DNA of 62,707 nucleotides, from positions 1-62,707 of the forward strand of contig JAQUHX010000001.1 in NCBI GenBank assembly GCA_028681575.1, written 5' to 3'. The number at the start of each line of letters is the position of its first letter. The first letter of the stretch is position 1. This DNA is from Patescibacteria group bacterium. Lineage in GTDB: Bacteria > Patescibacteriota > Patescibacteriia > Patescibacteriales > UBA12465. Shown piece after piece: positions 37,460 through 47,420 of the stretch. A program made the translations under genes and the position numbers. The notes below the pieces were generated by a model. That model was not told where the DNA came from, did not search any database, and was given only the letters and a program-made list of their open reading frames with translations.

Positions 37460-37490
37460 AGTAAATGGCTCTGGAATTCTAAAGGCCTAT

Positions 37491-39053
37491 CTAAATTAAA
37501 CTTTTTCCACTCATCTGGCTCGGTGGGGTTATTTTTTGAATCTTTAAAACAGTGGGCGCAATATCAATTAATGTACCGCTCGGCTTTTTGTTATGCAAAG
37601 AAAGGCGACTCGGACTATCCAAAAGACTAGCTGAACTCACCCAAATAAAAGGCACGGGATTGGTAGTATGCTCTTTAATAATTTCTTGACGGCGGGAATC
37701 ATAAAGAGAATCCGCATTTCCATGGTCAGCAACAATTAAAATATCCCCTCCTTCTTTTAAAACAGCTTTAACAATTCTCTTTAAACCTCGGTCCGCCGCC
37801 TGAACTGCTTTAATAGTGGCCTCTAGATTGCCAGTGTGACCAACCATATCGGGATTAGCAAAATTGACCAAAATAAAAGAATATTTGTTAGTCTTTAAAG
37901 AATCAACGACAGCGCCAGCAACTGCCGCCGCCGACATTTGTGGTTTTTTGGCATAACTAAGGACACGAGGCGAAGGTATTAAAATCCGGTCTTCACCAAC
38001 AAAAGGCTTTTCCCGGCCACCATTGAAAAAGTAAGTGACGTGAGCATACTTCTCCGTTTCCGCAACCCGCAATTGTTTTTTATGATGCTTGCTTAAAATT
38101 TCACCTAAACAATTTTTAAGCACAAATGGAGGGAAAACTACTTTCAAAGGAAGTTTTTTGTCATAATTGGTAAAACTGATAAAATCCAAATTTTTAAAAC
38201 GCTGGAGCCTAAACTCCTGAGTCTTAAAGTTTTTGTCGGTAAAGGCCCGGCTTAGCTGACGAGCTCGATCAGCCCGATAATTAAAAAATATCAAAACATC
38301 CCCTTCTTTTACCGAGGCTCCGCCTTCAATTAAAGCCGGTACAAACTCTTCATCATAAATTTTCGCCTGATAACTAGCTTTTAAAGCTGCGGTCGCGCTA
38401 AGATATCGCTGACCTTGACGATTAACCATTGCTTCATAAACTGGAGCAATTCGCTCCCAATGATTATCCCTATCCATAGCATAAAAACGTCCCGACAGGG
38501 TGGAAATTTTACCAACCCCGAAACGACGACAAGCACCTTCAACCGCTGCTACAAATTTAGCCCCACTGCTACGAGAAGTATCGCGTCCATCTAAAAATAA
38601 ATGCAAAAAAACTTTCTTTATCTTCAAACGCTTAGCTAAATCTAATAAAGAAAAAAGATGCTCTAGCGAAGAGTGAACCTGACCATCTGAAGCTAAACCC
38701 GCTAGATGCCAAGCTCCACCAGTTTTTTTAACTTTTTGAGCAGCTGCCAACAATTCTTTATTCTTAAAAAATTCACCATCCTTAATTGCTTGGTTGATAC
38801 GCAACAAATCTTGATAAACAACTCGACCAGCCCCTAAAGTTAAATGTCCAACTTCACTATTCCCGAAAATCCCCGCAGGCAAGCCAACCGCCTCACCCGA
38901 AGCAGCCAATATTTGAGCAGGATAATTAGCAGCTAGGTGGTCAAAAAAAAGCGGACCCGCTTGAGTGATTGCGTTATTTTTTGAAGGTTTAGCAACCCCC
39001 CAACCATCTAAAACCACCAATACAGTTGCTTTGGTTTTTTGCTTACCTGACAT
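37491..39053 (-). CDS. gpmI: 2,3-bisphosphoglycerate-independent phosphoglycerate mutase
   Basis: VVLDGWG and NSEVGH motifs, 520 aa. Confidence 0.9.
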   Translation of the reverse strand: MSGKQKTKATVLVVLDGWGVAKPSKNNAITQAGPLFFDHLAANYPAQILAASGEAVGLPAGIFGNSEVGHLTLGAGRVVYQDLLRINQAIKDGEFFKNKELLAAAQKVKKTGGAWHLAGLASDGQVHSSLEHLFSLLDLAKRLKIKKVFLHLFLDGRDTSRSSGAKFVAAVEGACRRFGVGKISTLSGRFYAMDRDNHWERIAPVYEAMVNRQGQRYLSATAALKASYQAKIYDEEFVPALIEGGASVKEGDVLIFFNYRADRARQLSRAFTDKNFKTQEFRLQRFKNLDFISFTNYDKKLPLKVVFPPFVLKNCLGEILSKHHKKQLRVAETEKYAHVTYFFNGGREKPFVGEDRILIPSPRVLSYAKKPQMSAAAVAGAVVDSLKTNKYSFILVNFANPDMVGHTGNLEATIKAVQAADRGLKRIVKAVLKEGGDILIVADHGNADSLYDSRRQEIIKEHTTNPVPFIWVSSASLLDSPSRLSLHNKKPSGTLIDIAPTVLKIQKITPPSQMSGKSLI

Positions 39054-39182
39054 AAAAAAATTTATTTAAAATTTAAAATAATTTGACTATAAAAACGTAA
39101 GAATGATAGTATGAATCAATAGTAATTAAACCATATTAAACCTTTTTCTGCAAAATTAAAGAACTTAGGGATTGGTTTTTTG

Positions 39183-40502
39183 ATGCTCCTTGTAAAAATC
39201 TTGATTGTTATCAAAAACATCCTTCATGGGCTGCTGTTAATTATCTTCAAGCCCATTTTTAGTTTAGTTAAATTTCTGTTCACCAAGCCACTAGTCTACT
39301 TCTATCATTTCTTATTTCGCGCCCGCAGAAATCTAGGAGGTGGAAGTCTTTGGCAAAATTTATTAAAAATACGAACAGTCCACTTAACCGTTCTGGCCTT
39401 AACTTTTGCCGTGGTCACTAACAACATTATTAGCTTAAATAGAACGAACAATAACCTTTTACCTCAGGGGAAAGAAACAATTGCCGCCCATTTAGCGCGA
39501 ACCGAATTTAGCTTACTAACAGAAGAAACAATCTTAATTGAAGAATATCGCCACAACAACTATCAAGCCTCAGATGATTATAATCTCAGAGATTCTCTTC
39601 TGAACCAAACACCACTTCAAAAAAAAGATGCTCTCCTTTTAGTAGAAGGCCATGATGATTCAGATTTAATCGTCCGCAGCCCCTTAAATGAGGTAAAACC
39701 AAATTCTACTAGCCAATCTGAAGTTCCTCAAGATCGCGACAACATTATTCAATATACAGTTCAAACTGGAGACACAATCTCTTCTATCGCCAACCGCTTC
39801 CGTCTAAGTGTTAACACTGTTTTGTGGGCTAATAATTTAGGCGCCTATAGCCTGATTCGCCCAGGCGATACCCTCTCTATATTGCCAGTCTCTGGAGTTA
39901 CTTACACCGCTAAAAGAGGCGACACGGTTAACTTAATTGCTTCCCGTTATGGGGTTGAAGAAACGGATATTTTTAAATATAATGATTTAGAAAATGGCTT
40001 AAAGGCTGGACAAGAGTTAATTATTCCTGGAGGAAGAAAAATCACAACTGCTGTTGCTAGTACCCCTAGTCGTCAAACTAGCTCAGGCAGTGTTAGCTCG
40101 GTAATTGAAAAACTAGTCAACCCGGCTAAAGCTGAAGACTCAGACACCATTATGGCCTGGCCAACCGAAGGGAGTCGAATCACTCAATACTATTCTTGGC
40201 GTCACACCGGCTTAGATATTGCCAACAAAACCGGAACCCCTCTTTACGCCGCAGAAGCTGGAACGGTGGAAGTTTCTGGTTGGAACAATGGCTACGGCTA
40301 CAACGTAGTAGTTAATCATGGTGGTGGCAAAAAAACGCGCTATGCTCACGCCTCAAAACTATATGTAAAAATTGGTGATAAAGTTGAACGCGGTGAACAA
40401 ATTGCCGCCATGGGTTCAACCGGCTGGTCAACTGGCCCTCATATTCACTTTGAAGTAATTGTCAATGGAGTACGTCAAAATCCACTTAATTATATTCGCT
40501 AA
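39183..40502 (+). CDS. LysM-domain M23 metallopeptidase (peptidoglycan endopeptidase)
   Basis: N-terminal TM region, two LysM repeats (YTVQTGDTISSIANRF, YTAKRGDTVNLIASRY), and M23 motifs HTGLDIA and GSTGWSTGPHIHFE. ATG at 39183 is preferred over TTG at 39180. Confidence 0.85.
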   Translation: MLLVKILIVIKNILHGLLLIIFKPIFSLVKFLFTKPLVYFYHFLFRARRNLGGGSLWQNLLKIRTVHLTVLALTFAVVTNNIISLNRTNNNLLPQGKETIAAHLARTEFSLLTEETILIEEYRHNNYQASDDYNLRDSLLNQTPLQKKDALLLVEGHDDSDLIVRSPLNEVKPNSTSQSEVPQDRDNIIQYTVQTGDTISSIANRFRLSVNTVLWANNLGAYSLIRPGDTLSILPVSGVTYTAKRGDTVNLIASRYGVEETDIFKYNDLENGLKAGQELIIPGGRKITTAVASTPSRQTSSGSVSSVIEKLVNPAKAEDSDTIMAWPTEGSRITQYYSWRHTGLDIANKTGTPLYAAEAGTVEVSGWNNGYGYNVVVNHGGGKKTRYAHASKLYVKIGDKVERGEQIAAMGSTGWSTGPHIHFEVIVNGVRQNPLNYIR

Positions 40503-40511
40503 TTTATTTAT

Positions 40512-40766
40512 ATGATTATTTTCGGTCTTATTTTAACTGCAGTTGGAGCTTTATTTGTTATTAAAACTGACTGGTTTTTACAAAACTTTGGCGGTATCGA
40601 GTTTTTTGATAAAAACCTAAGAACATCTGGCGGTTCGCGCTTGGGCTGGAAATTACTGGGCCTGATTTTTATTATTATTGGCGTCTTGATGATGACTGGA
40701 AGTGGCGGCCAGTTCTGGGGCTGGGTTTTATCACCACTTATAAAAACCCAAAATCCGAACATCTAA
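40512..40766 (+). CDS. Small two-TM membrane protein
   Basis: MIIFGLILTAVGALFVI...LLGLIFIIIGVLMM. Co-directional with the M23 gene and 9 nt after its stop. Preferred over the mirror-image minus-strand ORF. Confidence 0.5.
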   Translation: MIIFGLILTAVGALFVIKTDWFLQNFGGIEFFDKNLRTSGGSRLGWKLLGLIFIIIGVLMMTGSGGQFWGWVLSPLIKTQNPNI

Positions 40767-40774
40767 GAAAATAC

Positions 40775-40803
40775 TTGACCCAAAATTAAAGGGTCGCTAG
40801 AAT
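40775..40803 (+). promoter_or_regulatory. Promoter for tRNA-Ala (TTGACC-17-TAGAAT)
   Basis: -35 at 40775..40780 and -10 at 40798..40803, 30 nt upstream of the tRNA. Confidence 0.45.
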
Positions 40804-40832
40804 AGAACCACTGTCGTACTTCTAGATTATTT

Positions 40833-40905
40833 GGGCCTTTAGCTCAGTTGGTAGAGCACCTGCTTTGCAAGCAGGGGGTCAAGGGTTCGAGTCCCTTAAG
40901 GTCCA
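40833..40905 (+). tRNA. tRNA-Ala (UGC)
   Basis: Cloverleaf folded by hand. Anticodon loop TTTGCAA. G3:U70 alanine identity pair present. No encoded CCA. Confidence 0.9.
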
Positions 40906-40910
40906 CCCTA

Positions 40911-40941
40911 AAAAATCTTTCCTTTCGGAAAGATTTTTTTT
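40911..40941 (+). terminator. Intrinsic terminator after tRNA-Ala
   Basis: AATCTTTCC/GGAAAGATT stem with a TTTC loop, followed by a T-run. Confidence 0.7.
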
Positions 40942-41004
40942 GTTTTAAGCTCCATTTGTCTAAATCTGGGAGAAGGAGCATGATTGTGTTAAAATAAAGT
41001 TATT

Positions 41005-43779
41005 ATGACCTCAAGCAACAAACCAAAATTACTAGTTATTGATGGACACGCTTTAATCCACCGAAGCTTTCACGCCCTACCAGCTACACTCACAACGAAA
41101 GACGGCACGGTGGTAAACGCTGTCTACGGCTTTAGCTCTTTTTTACTAAAAGCTTGTTTAGAGTTTAAGCCAAAATATTTAGTTTTGACTTTAGATAGTG
41201 CCGGACCAACTTTTAGGCATAAAGAATACGCTGATTATAAAGCGACTAGGGTAGCGGCCCCCGATGAATTTTATCACCAAATACCCTTAGTTGAAGAAGT
41301 AGCTAAGGCTTTAGACATTCCAATTTTTATTAAATCCGGCTTTGAGGCTGACGATTTAATTGGCACGATTGTCAGCCGGGCAGCCAAGGAAACAGATTGG
41401 GAGAGTTATATTGTTACCGGCGATATGGATAGCTTACAACTGGTAAACGCTAAGACTTTTGTTTATGCGATGAGTCGTGGCTTAAGTGAAAGTGTCACTT
41501 ATAACGAAGCGGCCGTAAAAGAGCGCTATGGTTTGGCCCCCAAACAAATTGTCGATTATAAAGCCCTCCGCGGCGATCCAAGTGATAATATCCCTGGTGT
41601 TAAAGGGATAGGAGAAAAAACAGCCACCGAATTATTACAAACTTTTGGAACTCTAAAGGGTGTTTATGAGGCGGTTAAGAAAAAAGATTCTCGCTTAAAA
41701 CCAAGAATTGCTGAACTTTTAATTAGCTCTCAAGAAGATGCCTGGCTGAGCCAGGAGTTAGCAACTATTAAGTGTGATGTTGATTTAGAAATTGACTGGG
41801 AAAGTTTACGACTTGATTCTTTTGATTTAGAAAAAGCCAGTGAACTGTTTACTGCCCTAGAATTCCGCTCACTCCTAGATCGTTTAAGACAACTAAAAAG
41901 TCTTGTTTCTGGCACTGAAACCGCCCCCCTCTCTCCCGAAAAATTAATATCAAAGCCAAAAGAAAAAAGAAATTATCACTTGATAAAAACCGAAGCTGAT
42001 TTTAAAAAATTACTTAAGGAAATGACTCTCCAAAAAGAATTGGCACTGAGCGTAGAAACTCAAGATGGCAAACTTTTCGGATTAGCTTTTTGTTGGTCGC
42101 CCAAAGATGCTTACTATTTAGAATTAAATACCGCTTCTTCTAAGAATTTAGATTTATTTAATTACCAAAAAAATGTTTCAGCATCGCACTCTCGTCTTGA
42201 GAACTTGCGTTCAATTTTAGAAAATTCTCAAATTAAAAAAATTACCCATGATAGCAAATCGGCCTGGCGATCCTTAAAACGCGCTGGGATTAATTTAGCA
42301 GGAATTGCTTTCGATACCTTTCTAGCTGATTATTTATTAGCTCCTGATAATCGCCAGCATAATTTAGATAATTTAGTTTTCCGTGAACTGGGACAAGAAA
42401 AAAGGTCTCTGAATGATTTACTTGGGAAAGGCGCAGAGAAAATTAATTTAAGCCAAGTTAACCTTACTAAAATGGCTGAGTTCGCCGGTGAAAATGCTGC
42501 CAGCATTTGGGACCTATCAAAAATCTTGGCTAAAAAAATAAAAACGGAAGAATTAGATGAAGTTTTTAAAAAAATTGAACTCCCGCTAGCTCTGATTTTA
42601 GGAAAAATGGAAGACGCGGGAATCAAAGTAGAAACAAAGCCTCTAGAAAAATTAAGCGCTGACCTAGAGAAGCGCTTAAATAAAATCCGTCAAGAAGCTA
42701 AAAATTTAGCCGGCGAAGATTTTAATCTGAATTCTCCCAAACAATTACAAATCATCCTGTTTGAAAAATTAAAAATTGATAATAAAGCGATTAAAAAAAC
42801 TAAAACTGGTTATTCAACCGCCGACTTGGAATTACAAAAAATTTCCGACACTCATTTGATTGTGCCTTTAATTCAAGAATACCGCGAATTAAGTAAACTG
42901 GTAAGCACTTACACCAACGCTCTACCCAAATTAATTAACAAAGACACTGGGCGGATTCATACAAAATATCAACAAGCGGTTGCCGCTACCGGGCGCCTTT
43001 CTTCAGCGGAGCCTAATTTGCAAAACATCCCCACTCACAGTGATGCCGGCCGAGAAATTCGTCGCGCTTTTGTTGCTACTCCCGGTTATCAACTTTTAAG
43101 TTTAGATTACTCCCAAATTGAATTACGCCTAGCCGCTCATTTTTCAAATGACAAAAAATTATTAAATGCTTTTAAAAATAAACAAGATATTCATCGAACA
43201 ACTGCTGCTCAAATTAACGAAATTCCACTTGAAGAAGTTACCCACCAAATGCGTTTTGAGGCAAAAGCAATTAACTTTGGAATTCTTTATGGCCAAGGGC
43301 CGCACGGCTTATCTCAAAACGCTCATATTCCTTATCAAAAAGCGCGCGAGTTTATCGCTAAATATTTTTCAGTTTATCCAGGGGTAAAAAAAATGGTGGA
43401 TAAATTTATTGCTGACGCTAGCGAGCGTGGCTACACTCAAACTCTGGGCGGCAGAAAACGCTACTTACCAGAACTCAACTCTTCTAACCCCATTGCCCGC
43501 CGTAGTGCCGAACGAATGGCAATTAACACTCCGATTCAAGGTAGTGCTGCTGATTTAATTAAATTAGCAATGATTAATATTGATAAAAAAATTAGCGGCC
43601 AAGAAGAAGATATTCGCTTACTCTTACAAATACATGATGAATTAATTTTTGAAATAAAAAATGACCGCCTAAATTATTGGCTCCCCTTATTAAAAGACCT
43701 AATGGAGTCTGCTCTTGATTTGAAAGTTCCGATTGTGGTTGAATCTTCAATTGGCACTAGTTGGGCAGACTTAAAATAA
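41005..43779 (+). CDS. polA: DNA polymerase I
   Basis: 5' nuclease N-terminus, central exo-like domain, polymerase motifs A (LLSLDYSQIELR) and C (QIHDE), 924 aa. Confidence 0.95.
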   Translation: MTSSNKPKLLVIDGHALIHRSFHALPATLTTKDGTVVNAVYGFSSFLLKACLEFKPKYLVLTLDSAGPTFRHKEYADYKATRVAAPDEFYHQIPLVEEVAKALDIPIFIKSGFEADDLIGTIVSRAAKETDWESYIVTGDMDSLQLVNAKTFVYAMSRGLSESVTYNEAAVKERYGLAPKQIVDYKALRGDPSDNIPGVKGIGEKTATELLQTFGTLKGVYEAVKKKDSRLKPRIAELLISSQEDAWLSQELATIKCDVDLEIDWESLRLDSFDLEKASELFTALEFRSLLDRLRQLKSLVSGTETAPLSPEKLISKPKEKRNYHLIKTEADFKKLLKEMTLQKELALSVETQDGKLFGLAFCWSPKDAYYLELNTASSKNLDLFNYQKNVSASHSRLENLRSILENSQIKKITHDSKSAWRSLKRAGINLAGIAFDTFLADYLLAPDNRQHNLDNLVFRELGQEKRSLNDLLGKGAEKINLSQVNLTKMAEFAGENAASIWDLSKILAKKIKTEELDEVFKKIELPLALILGKMEDAGIKVETKPLEKLSADLEKRLNKIRQEAKNLAGEDFNLNSPKQLQIILFEKLKIDNKAIKKTKTGYSTADLELQKISDTHLIVPLIQEYRELSKLVSTYTNALPKLINKDTGRIHTKYQQAVAATGRLSSAEPNLQNIPTHSDAGREIRRAFVATPGYQLLSLDYSQIELRLAAHFSNDKKLLNAFKNKQDIHRTTAAQINEIPLEEVTHQMRFEAKAINFGILYGQGPHGLSQNAHIPYQKAREFIAKYFSVYPGVKKMVDKFIADASERGYTQTLGGRKRYLPELNSSNPIARRSAERMAINTPIQGSAADLIKLAMINIDKKISGQEEDIRLLLQIHDELIFEIKNDRLNYWLPLLKDLMESALDLKVPIVVESSIGTSWADLK

Positions 43780-43783
43780 AATT

Positions 43784-45070
43784 ATGAATCGTTTGGCCGG
43801 AAAAAAAATTGCTTTCTTAGGCTATGGCCTAGAAAACCAGGCTCTATTAACCTGGCTAAAAAAGCAAAAACTAGCAACAACTTATACAATTTTAGACCCC
43901 CATCCAGCACCAGCCAAATTGCCCACTAAAGTTACTTGGCAAAGCGGCCAAAACTATTTAAAAAATTTAAATTCTTTTGATGTTGTGTTCCGTTCTCCAG
44001 GGGCCCCCTTATTTTTACCAGAAATAAAAGAGGCTGCAAAAAAAGGCGTTTCAATTACCAGCGCCATGAATTTGTTTTTAGAGTTAGCGCCAACAAAAAA
44101 TATTATTGGCGTCACCGGGAGCAAAGGTAAAGGAACAACGGCTAGTTTGATTGCCGCTATTTTAAAAGCTGACGGCCGAAAAGTTTTTTTAGGTGGGAAC
44201 ATCGGAGTCGCTCCTTTTTCTTTTTTTGAAAAGTTAACCGCTGCTTCTTGGATTGTTTTAGAGTTATCTAGTTTTCAGCTTGAAGATTTCCGAAGCAGTC
44301 CTCGTTATTCCCTATTAACTAATCTGTTTAAAGAACATCTAGAGCCCGCTGACCCAAATAATCCCAACTATCATAAAAGTTTTGCCTCTTACGTTGAAGC
44401 TAAATTAAATATTGCCCGGCATCCCGAAAATAAATATTTCTGGATTCCTAAAAAACTAAAAACAAAACTTAATTCTAAAAAAATTAACGGTCAATTTCGA
44501 TTTTTTGAAGCTTCTAATTATCCTAGCCTGCTCGCTGGCGATTTTAATAAAGAAAATGTGGGTGCGGCCTTCGCTCTCACTAATTATTTAAGAGTTCCCA
44601 AAAAAACTATAAAAAAAGCGGTGGCAACTTTCCAGGGCCTACCCCATCGCTTAGAATTAGTAGCCGTTAAAAAAGGGATTGCTTACTACGATAATAGTTT
44701 TTCAACTACCCCCGAAAGCACTATTGCTGATTTAGAGTCTTTCCCAGGGGCAGTAATTATCTTGGGAGGAGCTGACAAGGGAGCCGACTTTAAAGCTCTG
44801 GCGAAAAAAGTAAAAAGCCAGGCTCATTTTGTTATTCTTTTAAAAGGAACCGCCTCGCCGCGACTTAAAAAAGACTTACTTAAAGCGGGCTTATCTGCTC
44901 AGAAAATTAAAGAAGCCAAAAGCATGGCCGAAGCTGTCTTTTTTGCAAGGGCCGCGGCACCAACGAAAGGCGTTGTTTTGCTATCGACCGCTTGTGCCAG
45001 TTTTGGTTTGTTTAAAAACTACAAAGAGCGCGGCGATTTATTCCAAAAATATGTCCGAGCTCAAAGATAA
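43784..45070 (+). CDS. murD: UDP-N-acetylmuramoylalanine--D-glutamate ligase
   Basis: GVTGSKGKGTTASL P-loop, Rossmann-like N-terminus, 428 aa. Confidence 0.85.
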   Translation: MNRLAGKKIAFLGYGLENQALLTWLKKQKLATTYTILDPHPAPAKLPTKVTWQSGQNYLKNLNSFDVVFRSPGAPLFLPEIKEAAKKGVSITSAMNLFLELAPTKNIIGVTGSKGKGTTASLIAAILKADGRKVFLGGNIGVAPFSFFEKLTAASWIVLELSSFQLEDFRSSPRYSLLTNLFKEHLEPADPNNPNYHKSFASYVEAKLNIARHPENKYFWIPKKLKTKLNSKKINGQFRFFEASNYPSLLAGDFNKENVGAAFALTNYLRVPKKTIKKAVATFQGLPHRLELVAVKKGIAYYDNSFSTTPESTIADLESFPGAVIILGGADKGADFKALAKKVKSQAHFVILLKGTASPRLKKDLLKAGLSAQKIKEAKSMAEAVFFARAAAPTKGVVLLSTACASFGLFKNYKERGDLFQKYVRAQR

Positions 45071-45887
45071 AAATTTAAATTCGGGAGCCATTGGTGTTTT
45101 TGATTCAGGCCTAGGAGGACTTTCGGTTTTACGCGCCTTACTTAAAAAACTTCCGAATTATTCTTATTTTTATTTAGGTGATACTGCTAGAGTGCCTTAC
45201 GGCGAACGCTCTTCTGAAACTATTTTTAAATATACAGTAGCTGCTGTGGAATTTTTATTTAAACACGGTTGCTCTCTAGTCATTGTCGCCTGCAATACCG
45301 CCTCTTCTCAAGCCCTCAGGCGACTGCAACAAGAATGGCTCCCTAAAAATTACCCCGATTATCGCGTTCTTGGAGTAATTCGTCCACTAGTAGAAGCGAT
45401 TGCCCTTTCTAATAAAAAACACCTAGGGATTATTGGGACTACTGCCACTATCAAATCCCAGACTTACACTCAGGAATTAAAATTTTTAAAACCAGACCTA
45501 AAGATAGCGGCTAAAGCAACTCCCCTTTTAGTCCCTTTAGTTGAAGAAGGGCGCCTAGACACCCCGGAAACTCGCTTAATTTTAGAAGATTACTTAAAAC
45601 CATTAAAGATGGCTGGGATTGATAGTTTGGCCTTAGCTTGCACTCACTACCCTTATTTGCAAAACTTAATTAAAGAATTACTCGGACCGGAAGTTTTAAT
45701 TTATGATTCTGGAAAAATTATTGCCGACTCTTTAAACCTTTATTTAAAAAACCACCCAGAGCTTAATTTGAAAACTAAAAATCCAGAACGCCGTTTTTAT
45801 GTAAGCGACAACCCCGCCTCCTTTGCTTCTCAAGGGGAAAAATTTTTAGGCCAATCCTTAAAAAATCTAGAATTAGCGAACTTATGA
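45051..45887 (+). CDS. murI: Glutamate racemase
   Basis: GVFDSGLGGLSVL and VIVACNTAS motifs. Start taken at ATG 45051 (MSELKDK). The listed 44943 start runs 128 nt into murD. Confidence 0.9.
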   Translation: MSELKDKNLNSGAIGVFDSGLGGLSVLRALLKKLPNYSYFYLGDTARVPYGERSSETIFKYTVAAVEFLFKHGCSLVIVACNTASSQALRRLQQEWLPKNYPDYRVLGVIRPLVEAIALSNKKHLGIIGTTATIKSQTYTQELKFLKPDLKIAAKATPLLVPLVEEGRLDTPETRLILEDYLKPLKMAGIDSLALACTHYPYLQNLIKELLGPEVLIYDSGKIIADSLNLYLKNHPELNLKTKNPERRFYVSDNPASFASQGEKFLGQSLKNLELANL

Positions 45888-46867
45888 TTATCTTTTTATA
45901 CGGACCAGACTCTTTCCGGCGTCATCAAAAACTTCAAGAATTGCGAGAACACTTTATTAAAACGGTTGACAGTAGTGCTCAAAATGTAATTACAATCGAT
46001 GGCTCAACTGCTAATATTAAGGAGTTAAGCGAAAAAATAGGCACTGGCTCTTTATTTGTTCGTCGTCGCTTAATTATTATTCGCGATTTACTAAAAAATA
46101 AAAATCAAACAACTCTTTTTAGTAATTTATTAAAACTTCTACCGGGTTGGGAGAAGGGCAAGCCAGAAGAACAAAATATTATCATCTTTAATGAGGATGA
46201 TTGCGGTGGCAGTAAGCCCAGTCAAGAAAAAAAAGCTCTTTTGTCTTGGTTAAAAAAACAACCCTTCACTCAAGAATTCAAACCCCTTTCAACCCCAAAA
46301 ACAATCAGCTTCATCCAAAATTTAGCTAAAAACTGGGAGCGCGAAATTGATTATAGCGCCGCCCAAACTTTAATTAATCGAACCGGCACTGATTTGTGGC
46401 GCTTACAAGCGGAGACTCACAGACTAGCCTTTTCCCTCCCTCCTCAAGGCAAAATCAATTCTGCGCTAATTAAAGAGATTGTTAATGACACTTACGAACA
46501 AAATATTTTTGCCTTAACCGATGCTGTTGCTAGTCGTCAAGGCAAAAAGGCTCTCAACTTACTAGAAGAACAATTTATAGCCGGTCTTAGCGAAGAATAT
46601 ATTTTGAGCATGTTGATTCGCCAATTTAAAATTCTATGCCAAATTAAGGGGGCTGAATCAGAAAATTTAAGTGCCACAGAAATTGGCAAAAAGACAAACC
46701 TTCACCCCTTTGTTATTAAAAAAGGGCTAAGTCAAGCTCAAGCATTTTCTAATGACGATTTAAAAAAACATTTAGACCACCTCATTCTTTTAGATTTTAG
46801 CAACAAAACTGGAACAAGTAATTTAAAAATTGCCTTAAGCTTATTTGTTGGTGGTTTAAAAAACTAA
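45884..46867 (+). CDS. holA: DNA polymerase III delta subunit
   Basis: IIFLYGPDSF N-terminus and length typical of HolA. ATGA overlap with murI. Confidence 0.7.
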   Translation: MIIFLYGPDSFRRHQKLQELREHFIKTVDSSAQNVITIDGSTANIKELSEKIGTGSLFVRRRLIIIRDLLKNKNQTTLFSNLLKLLPGWEKGKPEEQNIIIFNEDDCGGSKPSQEKKALLSWLKKQPFTQEFKPLSTPKTISFIQNLAKNWEREIDYSAAQTLINRTGTDLWRLQAETHRLAFSLPPQGKINSALIKEIVNDTYEQNIFALTDAVASRQGKKALNLLEEQFIAGLSEEYILSMLIRQFKILCQIKGAESENLSATEIGKKTNLHPFVIKKGLSQAQAFSNDDLKKHLDHLILLDFSNKTGTSNLKIALSLFVGGLKN

Positions 46868-46955
46868 TTTCCCCTTTTTAAGTCTTGCGTTTTTAAAACT
46901 TGTTTGTTATATTCAAAAGAGCCTTCTGGCTAATTTTTGTTTTATTCAAATTTTT

Positions 46956-47029
46956 GGGCAATTAGCTCAGCTGGTTAGAGCGCAACACTGATAATGTTGA
47001 GGTCGGAGGTTCGAGTCCTCCATTGCCCA
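46956..47029 (+). tRNA. tRNA-Ile (GAU)
   Basis: Cloverleaf folded by hand. Anticodon loop CTGATAA. Confidence 0.9.
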
Positions 47030-47125
47030 CTTTAATTGGTTTTTAAAAAGAAAAATCTTAGCATCCGGTTTAAAGTAAAAGCGACTGAATAAATTAAGCG
47101 TAATCAAACTCTGTTTTGATTGAAT

Positions 47126-47198
47126 CGCGGGGTAGAGCAGTTGGCAGCTCGCCAGGCCCATAACCTGGAGGTCGTCGGTTCGAATCCGACCCCCGCAA
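47126..47198 (+). tRNA. Initiator-type tRNA-Met (CAU)
   Basis: C1xA72 mismatch and A11:U24 pair. Anticodon stem CCAGG/CCTGG with loop CCCATAA. Confidence 0.85.
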
Positions 47199-47204
47199 CA
47201 AGTC

Positions 47205-47276
47205 GCCTCGGTAGCTCAGTGGTAGAGCAAAGGACTGAAAATCCTTGTGTCGTCAGTTCGATTCTGACCCGGGGCA
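47205..47276 (+). tRNA. tRNA-Phe (GAA)
   Basis: Cloverleaf folded by hand. Anticodon loop CTGAAAA. Confidence 0.9.
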
Positions 47277-47279
47277 CAT

Positions 47280-47305
47280 AAAAAACTCGGATTCCGAGTT
47301 TTTTT
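47280..47305 (+). terminator. Hairpin plus T-run between tRNA-Phe and tRNA-Pro
   Basis: AAAACTCGG-ATT-CCGAGTTTT followed by T7. Confidence 0.6.
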
Positions 47306-47310
47306 AGAAA

Positions 47311-47381
47311 CGGGGTGTCGTATACCGGTAGTACGCATGCTTTGGGAGCATGTTGACTGGGTTCAATTCCCAGCACCCCGA
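47311..47381 (+). tRNA. tRNA-Pro (UGG)
   Basis: Acceptor CGGGGTG/CACCCCG. Anticodon loop TTTGGGA with G37. Confidence 0.85.
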
Positions 47382-47390
47382 CATAGAACT

Positions 47391-47420
47391 AACCGTCACT
47401 TAATAAATGGCGGTTTTCTT
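47391..47420 (+). terminator. Intrinsic terminator after tRNA-Pro
   Basis: AACCGTCA/TGGCGGTT stem followed by TTTT. Confidence 0.5.

Noticed and set aside
40508-40762. 84-aa minus-strand ORF that mirrors 40512..40766
   Set aside because: The plus-strand product has two clean TM helices and follows the M23 gene co-directionally. The minus-strand product is a Pro/Ile/Lys-rich string without structure. I kept only the plus-strand call, at moderate confidence.
46967-47376. Minus-strand ORFs 46967..47161 and 47104..47376
   Set aside because: They run across four well-folded tRNA genes (Ile, fMet, Phe, Pro) and their terminators, so they are spurious.
46868-47420. tRNA clusters (46956..47381 and 58644..58968) as integration hot-spots or mobile-element borders
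   Set aside because: No integrase, direct repeats of tRNA 3' ends or cargo genes lie next to them. The flanking genes are core housekeeping genes.
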